Assembly: GCA_050695395.1 (NCBI GenBank)
Contig: JBOGSL010000155.1
Coordinates: 1 to 43,333 of the forward strand
From: Chloroflexota bacterium
GTDB lineage: Bacteria > Chloroflexota > UBA5177
Length of the DNA: 43,333 nt
Reading direction: 5' to 3'
Shown here in pieces: positions 16,510-26,228 of the stretch; the stretch's first letter is position 1, and the number at the start of each line of letters is the position of its first letter. Position numbers and translations under genes: made by a program. The notes below the pieces were generated by a model, which was given only the letters and a program-made list of their open reading frames with translations, was not told the DNA's origin and did no database searches.

Positions 16510-18780
16510 CTACCCGTTGGCTTCCGGACTCGTCACGATGACTTCTTCTACCGGCGGCTCGTCGGACGAGGTGGTGTCACCCATGTAGCCCGCGTCGGGC
16601 GGATCGTACGGATCGGGGTCATGACCGGTGCCGACCTCGACGCCGCCGCTGGTTGTGCCCGAGTAGCCGCTTCCCTCTCGTACAGTACCGGGGCCCGCGA
16701 TTTCGTCGCCCGTTGGAAAGGGAGCGCTGTGGGTGCTCGGCGCGACCTCGTTGTCAGGTTGATTGTCCTTCGTCATGCCGTCCTCCGTTGCCATCGCTGA
16801 TGCCACCCGCATCATCCGTACCGCGGCACCGCGGAGGCGCGTGCCGTTTGTTTCGGGAGCAACGTAGCGCAACGTGAGCCGGCCGTTGGTCTGTCGCTTG
16901 AGGACATCCCCCGACTGCGCGCCCCACCGGTACTCGATCCATTGACGGTGGTAGTCGCTGGGCGTTTCTACCGTAAGTACGCCATCTGCGCACGACAGGG
17001 GGCGGAGCGGCGCAAACCAGCCCTCGATAGCAAGCGCCCCGACCGACTTCTCAAGCTCGCGGCAAAGGAGGCTCCACTCCGCCGTTCCTTCGCTGACAGG
17101 TGTGCGTGGGCTACCATGGCTTTCCTTGCCGTTGTCACTGCCGTGATGGGCACCATTTCCATTGGCGTGAGCTACGCCATTCCCGTTGGTGTGGCCGGCG
17201 TCACCGACGGAAATCGGCGCGAGCTCAGCCTGCCAATCCGGACGAGCCGGCACCGGCGGCGTCGGCTCGCCCTTTCTCGTTTCATATCCGTAGGGCTGAT
17301 AGTTGTCGCTGCGATAGTAGGAGTCATTGCCGCGATTGACGCAGTTTACGATGCAACCGGCGATGTTGATGCCGGACGGCCCCAGTACCTCGATCGTTCG
17401 CGCCACCGTCCGTCGCGTGGTCGAGCCGAGACGGACGACGAGGACCGCTGCATCACAAAGGCCGGACAGGATTGCCGAGTCGGCGAGAGGAAGCACCGGG
17501 GGACTGTCGATTACCACGATGTCAGCGTGATCTTGTAGCTCGCGTAGAACCTGCCCCATCCGGTGGGAACTGATGATTGGGCCGGGATTGGGCGGCAGGG
17601 GGCCGCTGACTATTACTCGAAGTCGAGGCTGCTCCGTAGGGAGCAAGTAGTCTTCCGTAGTAGCCGATTCGTCCAACAACAAGCTGGTCAGACCCGGCTG
17701 TACGTCCGGGTGAAAGATGGAGGCGACACTTGGCCTGCGTAAATCCAGATCGACCAGGATGGTCGACTTGCCGGATTCGGCGAAAGCCGAGGCTAGATTG
17801 CTGGCCACGGTTGACTTGCCTTCTCCCTCCATCGCACTCGTGACGAGCAGGGTACGGGGGTGCTTGTCCAGCGTGGTGAAGGCGATGTCCGCGCGCGCAA
17901 GGCGGAAGGCTTCGGCCACGGGCGAGGACGGGTGATGGGCGAGGATCAGCGATCGGTCCGAGGGGCGCTTGCGTGGGAACTCGCGTGTGTCGGGAATGGC
18001 GCTGAGTATGGGAAGGTCGGTGACGCGGCTCAGGTCCTCGGATCGGCGAATGGTGCTGTCCATCTGGTCGATAGCTACGCCGCCTACTCCGACGATGAGG
18101 AATACCAGCAAAAAGGCCAACGCGGCATTCAGCGACCGGTGCGGGCTGCTCGGCGTCAGGGGCGCCACTGCCGGGGAAACAACACGAACTATGTTTGACC
18201 GCTGCAGCTCCGCCATGCGGGTGTTGTTTTCTACCTGAACAAGATTGTCGTAGCGGTTTCTGTCGTGCGCTCTCTTGGCGGCGTGTTCGTCGCTTTCTAT
18301 CCGGTCGAGGAGTGCCTTGTAGAGCGACTGATCCCACGACTGCTGCCCCTTGATGAACACCCTGGCGACGGCGTTGACCATTGCGGCCGCCAGCACCGGA
18401 TCGTGAGACGTGGCGGAGCAGCTGAAAAGCGATGTAGTCCCGCTGCTCTGGCAGACCAAGTTTTGGGTAAGGACCTTCTTTTCCCCCGCTGATAGCGTGG
18501 GGTGCAGCGCCCCTTTGACCATAGCCAGCGCAGCTTTGATGTTGGGGGGCTGCGCCGCGACCGTGGCGTCCGTGAGCGCGCCGGCGCTGTCGTACTGGGG
18601 ATCAACCGGATTTGCCTGACTGGGTTGGCCGATCTGCACCTGCATCACGCTGGTGGCCGTGTAGAGCGGGCGAATCTCGTACTTCGTGTAGACATACGAT
18701 CCCGCCCCGGCCAGCAGGGCTAGCACCAGGGCTATAGGCAGCCAGCGCTTTGCAATTCGAAAGTAATCGTTCAGCCGCAC
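16510..18780 (-). CDS. Polysaccharide co-polymerase / BY-kinase (Wzz domain + CpsD/Etk-like tyrosine autokinase) with a roughly 255-aa C-terminal extension
   Basis: N-terminal TM plus a Wzz-like periplasmic region and a second TM (LAFLLVFLIVGVGGV). Walker A is SAMEGEGKST, Walker A' is ILVDLDLRRP and Walker B is IVVIDSPPV. The Tyr cluster reads DSYYRSDNYQPYGYE. A long extra tail follows. GTG start. Confidence 0.9.
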   Translation of the reverse strand: MRLNDYFRIAKRWLPIALVLALLAGAGSYVYTKYEIRPLYTATSVMQVQIGQPSQANPVDPQYDSAGALTDATVAAQPPNIKAALAMVKGALHPTLSAGEKKVLTQNLVCQSSGTTSLFSCSATSHDPVLAAAMVNAVARVFIKGQQSWDQSLYKALLDRIESDEHAAKRAHDRNRYDNLVQVENNTRMAELQRSNIVRVVSPAVAPLTPSSPHRSLNAALAFLLVFLIVGVGGVAIDQMDSTIRRSEDLSRVTDLPILSAIPDTREFPRKRPSDRSLILAHHPSSPVAEAFRLARADIAFTTLDKHPRTLLVTSAMEGEGKSTVASNLASAFAESGKSTILVDLDLRRPSVASIFHPDVQPGLTSLLLDESATTEDYLLPTEQPRLRVIVSGPLPPNPGPIISSHRMGQVLRELQDHADIVVIDSPPVLPLADSAILSGLCDAAVLVVRLGSTTRRTVARTIEVLGPSGINIAGCIVNCVNRGNDSYYRSDNYQPYGYETRKGEPTPPVPARPDWQAELAPISVGDAGHTNGNGVAHANGNGAHHGSDNGKESHGSPRTPVSEGTAEWSLLCRELEKSVGALAIEGWFAPLRPLSCADGVLTVETPSDYHRQWIEYRWGAQSGDVLKRQTNGRLTLRYVAPETNGTRLRGAAVRMMRVASAMATEDGMTKDNQPDNEVAPSTHSAPFPTGDEIAGPGTVREGSGYSGTTSGGVEVGTGHDPDPYDPPDAGYMGDTTSSDEPPVEEVIVTSPEANG

Positions 18781-18861
18781 CTAGTGCCATCCCTTCCCCG
18801 CGAGCAATTTGGGGGGTTTAAGGATAACACTAACGCATCGAGAGGCATTTGTCATCACCCC

Positions 18862-20301
18862 TTACGGGGAAATGTCTCCTACCACTAATGGCCCACTTCC
18901 GGGCCGCACATTCTCGGAAGCCAAGTGATCGCCTAAACGGGGGTAGAGGAGGCCGAAGCAGGTGATGATGCCGAGAGACGGCATCATCCAGTGTTCCTTG
19001 ATCATGCTGCCCGCGACCATGGAGCTGAGCAAAATGACTGCGATTCCTATCGCAGCTGGATGTCGCCGGCTCTGGAACAGAACGATGCGTCCAAGAACGG
19101 ACAGCATCGCAAGCAGTGCCATGAATCCGATGAGGCCGAAATCCGCCAGGGCTCGAACGAAGTCACTCTGCGCGCTTCCGACAGCGATGTAGCTGGGCAG
19201 CGACGCTTCCAGCTGTTCTGCCCCCACACCCGTAATTGGGTGCTGCACGAAGTCCTGCCAACCGACCTGCCAGATCGGCAATCGGAGATTTAGCGTACTG
19301 ATGTCGGTAGACTGAAAGCGATTCTGGAAGTACCAGGGCAGGTGGCCGGTGTTAACCAGAATGATGAGCGTGAGACCGCCCAGAAGGGCTATAGGCGCCG
19401 CGGCGGCGCGAGCCTGATAACCGCGGGTGAAGACGACGATGGCGGCAATGGCCAGCGCGACGCTCAGCAAAACTTGCCGAGAGTCGACGATGATGACCGC
19501 GACGCCGATCGCCGGTATGCTGGCAAGCGTCAACAATAGTCGCCGCGCCTGCTTCACTCCCTCCAGCGCTATGTACGCAAAACCGGGTACCACCGCCAGA
19601 ATCGCTCCAAGCTCATCCGCGTTCAGATCCTGTGCGAGTCCTCCCCGGTACGCTTGTATGTTCGGCGCTACGGAGTTGAACCCACCCTGGGAATGAAACA
19701 CCGCGATCACGTACAGAGCCAGGCCGGTGCCGACAATCGCGTAGGTGGCGGCCGCCTGCCGGACCCCACGTGCATCGACCAGCGTCATCACCATCAGAGT
19801 GAAGAACGACGCCATCTCGATGTCGTTGCGCACGCTCTGCGATAACGTTGCGCTGTCGGCTTGCGACCACATGACGCTGAGAGCCGCCCACAGGAAGTAC
19901 ACCCAGACCGCAACCACAGCGAGACCCGCCCTGCCTCGTAATCGCGCAACAGGGTCGCATCGGCCCTGCGCCATACCGATGATCAATGATGCAAGCACCA
20001 GTCCGCCGACTGCGTCGGAAGCAGTGGCGCCCTGCGAAAAAACGCCGTAGGAGGTGTACACCGGAGAGCCCTGAATGAGAAACAGGGCGACCATGAGAAA
20101 GACCCCCGTCGTAGGAAATGCCAGCGTGGCGCCGACCGCTATTAGCCCGACGAAAGCCAGTGCCGTGACAAACGGCGAGAGGGCAGTCCCCACGACGACG
20201 GCCGCACAAACTGCGACGAGACCCCCGAGGATGCCGGCGCGCTTCCATGTTCCACCGTGAAGTTGAACCATCGAAGCGCGGTGGGCACCTACGTTGAGCA
20301 T
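18862..20301 (-). CDS. O-antigen ligase/polymerase (Wzy-like) family polytopic membrane protein
   Basis: At least 10 hydrophobic segments with a larger loop, positioned directly upstream of the BY-kinase. The start is uncertain (TTG 20322, ATG 20301 or ATG 20271). Confidence 0.55.
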   Translation of the reverse strand: MLNVGAHRASMVQLHGGTWKRAGILGGLVAVCAAVVVGTALSPFVTALAFVGLIAVGATLAFPTTGVFLMVALFLIQGSPVYTSYGVFSQGATASDAVGGLVLASLIIGMAQGRCDPVARLRGRAGLAVVAVWVYFLWAALSVMWSQADSATLSQSVRNDIEMASFFTLMVMTLVDARGVRQAAATYAIVGTGLALYVIAVFHSQGGFNSVAPNIQAYRGGLAQDLNADELGAILAVVPGFAYIALEGVKQARRLLLTLASIPAIGVAVIIVDSRQVLLSVALAIAAIVVFTRGYQARAAAAPIALLGGLTLIILVNTGHLPWYFQNRFQSTDISTLNLRLPIWQVGWQDFVQHPITGVGAEQLEASLPSYIAVGSAQSDFVRALADFGLIGFMALLAMLSVLGRIVLFQSRRHPAAIGIAVILLSSMVAGSMIKEHWMMPSLGIITCFGLLYPRLGDHLASENVRPGSGPLVVGDISP

Positions 20302-20382
20302 TGTCCGGCGAGTGTAGCACAATACTGGGACAAAGAGGACCCCTTGAGAGGTAACTATGAGCCGCCCTACTCTTCGCCGGTG

Positions 20383-21336
20383 ATGTCCCTGAGTCGCGCC
20401 CCGGCCTCGGCCGTTCGCCGCCTAATTCGCTGGGCCGCTCTGTATCGCAAGACTGGATCAGCGGCTCTCACACTCGCTCTGGTTGCAGAACACGCATCGG
20501 TTCCGGCCCTCATCGCCCTCGCTAGAGGCGGCGCGCTGATCGGCAACGATGGGCATGTCACTCTCTCGTATGGCGGTCATGACTACATGTTTGCCCTGGG
20601 GGCGTCAACCGCCCTTGGCGATGTGGTCGACATGCTTGACGCCGGCTGCGAGCTGGAGATGGAAGCCGGCGAAGCGACGCTCCGGCTCCCCTGCGGCGTC
20701 GCTTTTCGACTCGAGCCGGAGGCGATGGCAACCAATCTGTCGCTCATCCGGGAGACCTTCTACCAGGGCCAGTACGACTTTCTGAACGTTGTTGGAAGGG
20801 TCGTGTTGGATATTGGCGCCAACATCGGTGACACGCCTCTGTTGTTCGCCTCGAGAGGAGCCAAGCGGGTGTATGGCTTCGAGCCGTTCAGCTTCCTCGC
20901 CGAACAAGCGGCTTCCAATGCCTCGCAGAGCCTCGTTGGAGACCGAGTTCAAATCTTTCAGTTGGGCGTCGGAGCGAGCAGCGGCGCCGGCTTTGGGAGG
21001 TACGAATCCACAAACCCCCTCGGTGCTTCCGTTCTCTCGCGGTCAACGGTCCCATCAGCTGACCTTGAACAGGTTATGACGGTGTCTCTCGAGGAGGCGA
21101 TTCGCATGTGCCGGTTGGACCCTGAGGAACGGCTGGTATGCAAGGTTGACTGCGAGGGCTGCGAGTTTGAGATCTTTTCGGGCGACGTCCTGCCCGCGCT
21201 GAAATCGGTGGATGAGCTTGCTCTGGAGTTTCACGATCTACCGCCGGACTCGATCGTCCGAGTGCTGGAACGAGCCGGCTTCGCGGTCCAGATTCTCAAA
21301 GAAGGTCCGCGCGGCCATCTGCACGCCGTTCGATAA
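20383..21336 (+). CDS. FkbM family methyltransferase with a roughly 140-aa N-terminal extension
   Basis: VLDIGANIGDTPLLFASRGAKRVYGFEP and KVDCEGCEFEIF motifs. The start is uncertain (ATG 20383, GTG 20380 or TTG 20344). Confidence 0.75.
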   Translation: MSLSRAPASAVRRLIRWAALYRKTGSAALTLALVAEHASVPALIALARGGALIGNDGHVTLSYGGHDYMFALGASTALGDVVDMLDAGCELEMEAGEATLRLPCGVAFRLEPEAMATNLSLIRETFYQGQYDFLNVVGRVVLDIGANIGDTPLLFASRGAKRVYGFEPFSFLAEQAASNASQSLVGDRVQIFQLGVGASSGAGFGRYESTNPLGASVLSRSTVPSADLEQVMTVSLEEAIRMCRLDPEERLVCKVDCEGCEFEIFSGDVLPALKSVDELALEFHDLPPDSIVRVLERAGFAVQILKEGPRGHLHAVR

Positions 21337-21387
21337 CCGGCACGACTATTGCCCGTCGACGCGACACCATCTCCGGGGAGGAAGCAC

Positions 21388-22089
21388 ATGAAGCGTCTCG
21401 CTCTGCTCGTCGTGCCCTGTGTAGCCCTTATCACGTTGCCCATGAGCGCTCATGCACAGGCGGTCCCGCCGCCTCAGGCTCGACTTGCCGCGGCTCTGAA
21501 TATGGTGCGTCACACCTCGGGAGTCCATCTGGCGGGCGAGGTTACGGTTTCGTCGGGCCCCGTCCACGCCCGGATCCTCCTTGCCGGGGATGTCGCGCCG
21601 GTTCGGCATGAAGCCGACCTGACTTTGGCGCTACGCCTCGCGTCAGGCGGAAAGACCGGGAGGGTGGTTTCGACACAAGCACGGGCGATTCTGGTCGGGA
21701 ACCGGTTGGCACTTCGGACCGGCAACGGCCCATTCAAGTGCCGTCCCATCACGCAGATTCCCGGCCAGTATAAGTCCGCGCTCACTATGCTGCACTTCGG
21801 CGTCGGCCAGGCCCAGGCGGCCGTCCCCGCGATCCTCAACGGCATGAACACCTATCAGATTCAAACGACTTCGCACGTCTCGATCCTCGGCACGCGTGTC
21901 CCGCTCGCCGCGAAGCTGTACATTACCCGTCCCAAGGGCCGGCTGGTGGCCGAGATCGCGACGACTCATCTCGCGCTCTCGGGCAACGCGGTCAAACTCC
22001 ATGAGGTCCTTTTGTTGACGAAATACGGCGAACACGCCAACATAGTGTTCCCGTCGTGTGGCACAACTGGGGGAACAGGACGAGGCTGA
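21388..22089 (+). CDS. Secreted hypothetical protein
   Basis: ATG at 21388 preceded by GGGGAGGAAG. The signal peptide is MKRLALLVVPCVALITLPMSAHA. No family was recognised. Confidence 0.6.
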   Translation: MKRLALLVVPCVALITLPMSAHAQAVPPPQARLAAALNMVRHTSGVHLAGEVTVSSGPVHARILLAGDVAPVRHEADLTLALRLASGGKTGRVVSTQARAILVGNRLALRTGNGPFKCRPITQIPGQYKSALTMLHFGVGQAQAAVPAILNGMNTYQIQTTSHVSILGTRVPLAAKLYITRPKGRLVAEIATTHLALSGNAVKLHEVLLLTKYGEHANIVFPSCGTTGGTGRG

Positions 22090-22093
22090 CGTT

Positions 22094-22645
22094 CTATTCC
22101 GGCGTCTCCTCACCGACGAGCCCGTCGATGGACTCCCGGATAAGGTCGGCATGCCCGACGTGCCGCGAGTATTCCTCGATCATATCGATCATGAGTCGCC
22201 GAAGACTGGGTACCCGCCCGTCCGGCCAGGTGAATCGAGACGGCTGGTCTAGACCACCCTCGGCCAGCGCTTCCGCCACTGCGGAGCGGGAGCGATCCAC
22301 GGCGCCCTGCCAGAGCGCGACGAGCTGCTCCGGGATGTCCTCGGCGGCCGAGTGCCACTCCCAGTCTGGGTCTGCGTCCCAATCAGCAGTGTTCCAGGGA
22401 GAACCGTACGGTCGGCCCAGCAGCTTCACCGAGAAGTAATTGTCCTCGATAAGGGCCAGGTGCTTGAGCATGCCGCCGAGGGTAATGGTCGAGGGCGGCA
22501 GAGTCGCCCGCATTCCGGCCGCGTCCAGCCCTCCGCACTTCCATGCGATGAAGGAACGCACACGGTCGAGGGACCCGAGGAGGGTAGCGATTTCGTCGCC
22601 CGCGACGGGCGGCCCGGCGCGGCTCTGCTCGTGAAGCTCAGTCAC
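22094..22645 (-). CDS. DinB-like / DUF664 (mycothiol-dependent-enzyme-like) family protein
   Basis: FIAWKCGGLDAAGMRATLPPSTITLGGMLKHLALIED...EYSRHVGHADLIRESIDG. Confidence 0.7.
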   Translation of the reverse strand: MTELHEQSRAGPPVAGDEIATLLGSLDRVRSFIAWKCGGLDAAGMRATLPPSTITLGGMLKHLALIEDNYFSVKLLGRPYGSPWNTADWDADPDWEWHSAAEDIPEQLVALWQGAVDRSRSAVAEALAEGGLDQPSRFTWPDGRVPSLRRLMIDMIEEYSRHVGHADLIRESIDGLVGEETPE

Positions 22646-22672
22646 GCAACAAAACTCCTTTCGCCGCCAGGC

Positions 22673-23248
22673 CTATCTCTCCGCCAGAAAAGCGAGCACT
22701 CGCTGGGTGAGAAGCGACGCCGCGTCGGGGTCGTACGAGGGCAGCGAGCTGTCGGCGAACAGGTGCTGATTGCCGGGATAGAGGAACATCTCGGCTTTAG
22801 GGGCCTCCTCGACCAGAGCACGCGCCGCGTCGATGTCACCGTCGCCGACGAAGAACGGATCTGCGTCCATGGCATGTATCTGCACCGGTACCGACGCCGG
22901 CCAGACAGAGCCGAACTCCGAGGTGGGGAGGCATGCATGGAAGAAGAGCGCAGCGCGCGCCCCGGCACGGGTCTGCGCCAGCTTCTGCGCCGGCATCACC
23001 CCGAGCGAGAACCCTCCGTAGACTAATTCGTCAGGCAGGCCGTCGACCGCCCGGACGCCCCTCTCGAGCACTTCATCGAAGCCGATTTCCCCGGCATGGT
23101 TCACTCCCTCCTCCACAGTCTCGAACGTGCGGCCCGCGTACAGGTCGGGCGTGTGCACGGTGTGCCCGGCGCGGCGCAACTCGTCGGCAAACGCCGTGAC
23201 TCCGGGCGTCAGCCCTTGCGCGTGGTGAAATATGACCACTTCAGCCAT
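22673..23248 (-). CDS. Dienelactone-hydrolase-family alpha/beta hydrolase
   Basis: ATG at 23248 with AAGGAG upstream. The translation starts MAEVVIFHHAQGLTPGVTAFADELRRAGHTVHTPDLY and includes a GFSLG nucleophile elbow. Confidence 0.7.
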   Translation of the reverse strand: MAEVVIFHHAQGLTPGVTAFADELRRAGHTVHTPDLYAGRTFETVEEGVNHAGEIGFDEVLERGVRAVDGLPDELVYGGFSLGVMPAQKLAQTRAGARAALFFHACLPTSEFGSVWPASVPVQIHAMDADPFFVGDGDIDAARALVEEAPKAEMFLYPGNQHLFADSSLPSYDPDAASLLTQRVLAFLAER

Positions 23249-23415
23249 CTTCAGAGTTCTCCTTGCGCCTATCAAAAGCAAAAATACGCGGCTTGTCCCC
23301 GCCGTTACAGTCTGTACCTCGGCAGCAACACGACGCAAGAGTTCGGCAAACCACCGTGCCGCCTTACGTACATTACTTTCACACCTGGTATTCTGACGGC
23401 ATTGGAGTCGGGACT

Positions 23416-24978
23416 ATGACAGCAATCGATACAGCGCCGGCCCAGCCGCTCTCGCGCGTTTCGCGCTCGCGTCTGATCTCGAGCTCGGTGTATTCGACCG
23501 CCAGCCAGGTTCTGAGTCTGCCGATAGCGCTGGTGGTCAATAGCTTCGTGGTGCACCGGATTGGACTCGACAACTATGGAATCTGGGCCACGCTGACGAT
23601 GATCCTTGGATACGGGAGCCTGCTCAGCCTCGGAATCAATGAATCGCTCGTCAAATATGTGGCCGAGTACATGGCGTCCGGGCGGCGACACGAGATCAAC
23701 GCGCTGGTGAGTACCTCGATGGTCGTGTATTCGGTTATCGGTATGGCGTTCGTGGCCGTAATGGCACTGGCCGCCAACTGGATCTTGATCCACGAGTTCC
23801 ACGCCCAACCGGGCAACACAGAGCTGTACGAGTTCTATCTGGCTGTCGTCGTTGGCTGCGCCGTGTCGCTCGCCCTCAGCGTGCTGAATGCGCTGGTCAT
23901 CGGCTTGCAGCGGGCCGATCTGGTCGCGAAGGCCCTGCTCGCCTATAACTTGATCAACGCCGTCGCAAGCGTGATCGCGGTTATGGCCGGCCTCGGCTTT
24001 GCGGGCCTCGCCCTCGCGTGGCTGATTTCTCAGTTCTGCGGCGAAATCATCCTCTGGCTGATTGCCCGCCATCTCTTCCCCGAGCTGTCCCTCAATCCGT
24101 TCCTCTTCCGTCGATCAACCCTGAAGCAGATAGCGCGGTTTAGCAGCAAAGTGCAGGTCACCACGCTCACCCTCACCCTCAACGACCAGGTGGACCGAAC
24201 GCTTATCGGCTTTGCTTTGGGGCCGGCGATGCTCGGCGCGTACGCTCTGGCCTCTCGCGCCGCCTCGGCCCTGCGAAAAATATCGTTTGGGGTCATGTCC
24301 GGCGTTTTAGCCGCGGGCTCCGATCTCTCGGCTCTCGACGATGCCACGCGTCTGCGGCGGCTCTACCTGCGCGCCAGCCGGTACATCGCCATCGTTGACT
24401 TTGGCTTGATGGCGGCAACGGGAGGACTCGCCGTACCCCTCGTGTGGGCGTGGCTGGGCGATGGGTTCGCGCGAACAGCAGTAACCCTGATGATCATTGT
24501 GGCCGGCTATGCCATCTGGCTTCCGGATCAGGCCACCTCCGATCTCCTGTACAGCATCAACAAGCCGGGAATCCGCATGCGGGCCGACGTGGCCTTTCTT
24601 TGCATCCATCTCCCGATTAGCATTGTGCTCATATGGCGATTTGGTTATTTCGGCACGGTGGTTGGAACAGCCGTGGCCTTGTCGATCACGCGCCTGTATC
24701 TCTACCGCGCCGGCTCTCGCGCGCTGGGTGTGCCGTCCCTGGAGCTCGTGCGCAAGAGTTTTCTTCAACCCGCTGTCGCTGCTCTACTGGCCCTGGGAGC
24801 TGTCGCGGCGGTCCAGATCAGCGGTATCCCCCTTTCATTGCCGGCCCTGGTCGGTGAGATCGCCCTGTTCGTTGCCGTGTACGGCGGATATATCGCGGCC
24901 TTTGCGCTCGATCGGTACGATTACGATCTGCTTCAGAGCTACCTCCGGCCCCTGGTGAAGCGCCTGCTTCCCGCATAG
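23416..24978 (+). CDS. Wzx-type polysaccharide flippase (MOP superfamily)
   Basis: ATG at 23416 with GGAG upstream. About 12-14 TM segments. The N-terminal segment SSVYSTASQVLSLPIALVVNSFVVHRIGLDNYGIW is typical of RfbX/Wzx. Confidence 0.8.
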   Translation: MTAIDTAPAQPLSRVSRSRLISSSVYSTASQVLSLPIALVVNSFVVHRIGLDNYGIWATLTMILGYGSLLSLGINESLVKYVAEYMASGRRHEINALVSTSMVVYSVIGMAFVAVMALAANWILIHEFHAQPGNTELYEFYLAVVVGCAVSLALSVLNALVIGLQRADLVAKALLAYNLINAVASVIAVMAGLGFAGLALAWLISQFCGEIILWLIARHLFPELSLNPFLFRRSTLKQIARFSSKVQVTTLTLTLNDQVDRTLIGFALGPAMLGAYALASRAASALRKISFGVMSGVLAAGSDLSALDDATRLRRLYLRASRYIAIVDFGLMAATGGLAVPLVWAWLGDGFARTAVTLMIIVAGYAIWLPDQATSDLLYSINKPGIRMRADVAFLCIHLPISIVLIWRFGYFGTVVGTAVALSITRLYLYRAGSRALGVPSLELVRKSFLQPAVAALLALGAVAAVQISGIPLSLPALVGEIALFVAVYGGYIAAFALDRYDYDLLQSYLRPLVKRLLPA

Positions 24979-25100
24979 CCGGACGTGCGACGTTCTGTGA
25001 CTCCTAGAAGCTACGCCCCTCGTACCAGAGGCCGGTCCTTGCGCTCCATCCCGTCTTTCGGGCGCCTCGACAGACCGGGGCCGGTAGGATAAGCTTCGTC

Positions 25101-26210
25101 ATGCGCATCACCTGCGTGATCACCGCGCTCCGGACTGGCGGCGCAGAGCGGGTTCTGACAATCGCCGCCAACTACTGGGCGAAGCAAGGCGACGCGGTCA
25201 CAATTCTGACTCTGGACGACAGCGATACCACCGCCTTCCCCCTGGATGCCCGCGTCTCTCATCGCGCCCTCGCCCTGGCCGCCGTCTCCGGCAACTTCAT
25301 CGTTGGGCTCCGCAACAACGCCCGTCGACTGCGGAAACTTCGGAGCGAGATTGGCCGCACAGAGCCGGACGTCATCGTCTCCGTTCAGAGCCGGACCAAC
25401 ATTCTCGTCATCCTTGCTACTCTTGGCCTCCGGGTCCCGATTGTGGTGTGCGATGTCTCCAATCCGGCCTACCGGAAGCCTTCTCAACGGCTTTGGGACG
25501 TTTTGCGCCTCCTGACCTACCCCTTCGCGTTTCGGCTGATCGCCCAGACGGAAGCAGCGAGGAAACAGTACCCGCGGCTCATTCACCCCTTGCTCGAGAT
25601 AATCCCCAACCCGGTACAGGATCACGAGCCACGCCTGCCGTCGCGACGACCAAAGGCAGAAACAGGGACGATTGCTGCCATGGGACGTTTCACGGAGGAG
25701 AAAGGCTTTGATCTGCTCATCCGTGCCTTCGCCGCAATCGAGGGCGGCTGCCCCGGATGGAATCTCGTCATTTGGGGCGACGGCAAACTCCGCCAAGAGT
25801 TGGAGAGCCTTGCGCGCGCCCACGGTCTCGACGACCGTATCACGATGCCGGGCTTCAGCCGGGAACCCCTTCGTGACTTGCACGAGGCCGATCTCTTTGT
25901 GCTGTCATCCAGATCGGAAGGCATGCCGAATGTCCTTTGTGAGGCCATGTCATGCGGCCTTCCCGTGGTCAGCTTCGACTGTCCCAATGGGCCGGCGGAG
26001 GTGATCCGACCCGGAGTCGACGGCGTGCTCGTACCAGCCGAAGACTGGCGGCAACTTGCCGGCGCGCTCGAGAGATTGATCCATAATCCGGATGAACGTT
26101 CTCGCCTGGCCGAGCGGGCGCCGGACGTCGCCGATCGCTTCAGCCTGGAAAAAGTTATGTCGCGGTGGCAGCAGGTTCTCGACCAGGCAGCCGAGAAGCG
26201 GGGAGTATAG
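25101..26210 (+). CDS. Glycosyltransferase family 4 (GT-B)
   Basis: MRITCVITALRTGGAERV...; EGMPNVLCEAMSCGLPVVSFDCPNGPAEVIRPGVDGVLV. Confidence 0.9.
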   Translation: MRITCVITALRTGGAERVLTIAANYWAKQGDAVTILTLDDSDTTAFPLDARVSHRALALAAVSGNFIVGLRNNARRLRKLRSEIGRTEPDVIVSVQSRTNILVILATLGLRVPIVVCDVSNPAYRKPSQRLWDVLRLLTYPFAFRLIAQTEAARKQYPRLIHPLLEIIPNPVQDHEPRLPSRRPKAETGTIAAMGRFTEEKGFDLLIRAFAAIEGGCPGWNLVIWGDGKLRQELESLARAHGLDDRITMPGFSREPLRDLHEADLFVLSSRSEGMPNVLCEAMSCGLPVVSFDCPNGPAEVIRPGVDGVLVPAEDWRQLAGALERLIHNPDERSRLAERAPDVADRFSLEKVMSRWQQVLDQAAEKRGV

Positions 26211-26228
26211 ACCATCCCTAAGATTCGA

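Noticed and set aside
17522-18337. 271-aa alternative-frame minus ORF inside the BY-kinase gene
   Set aside because: It is Arg/Pro-rich with no motifs and overlaps the frame that carries the Walker A, A' and B motifs.
23305-24072. 255-aa minus ORF opposite the flippase gene
   Set aside because: It is an antisense shadow with charged low-complexity translation. The plus frame encodes a coherent polytopic Wzx-like protein.
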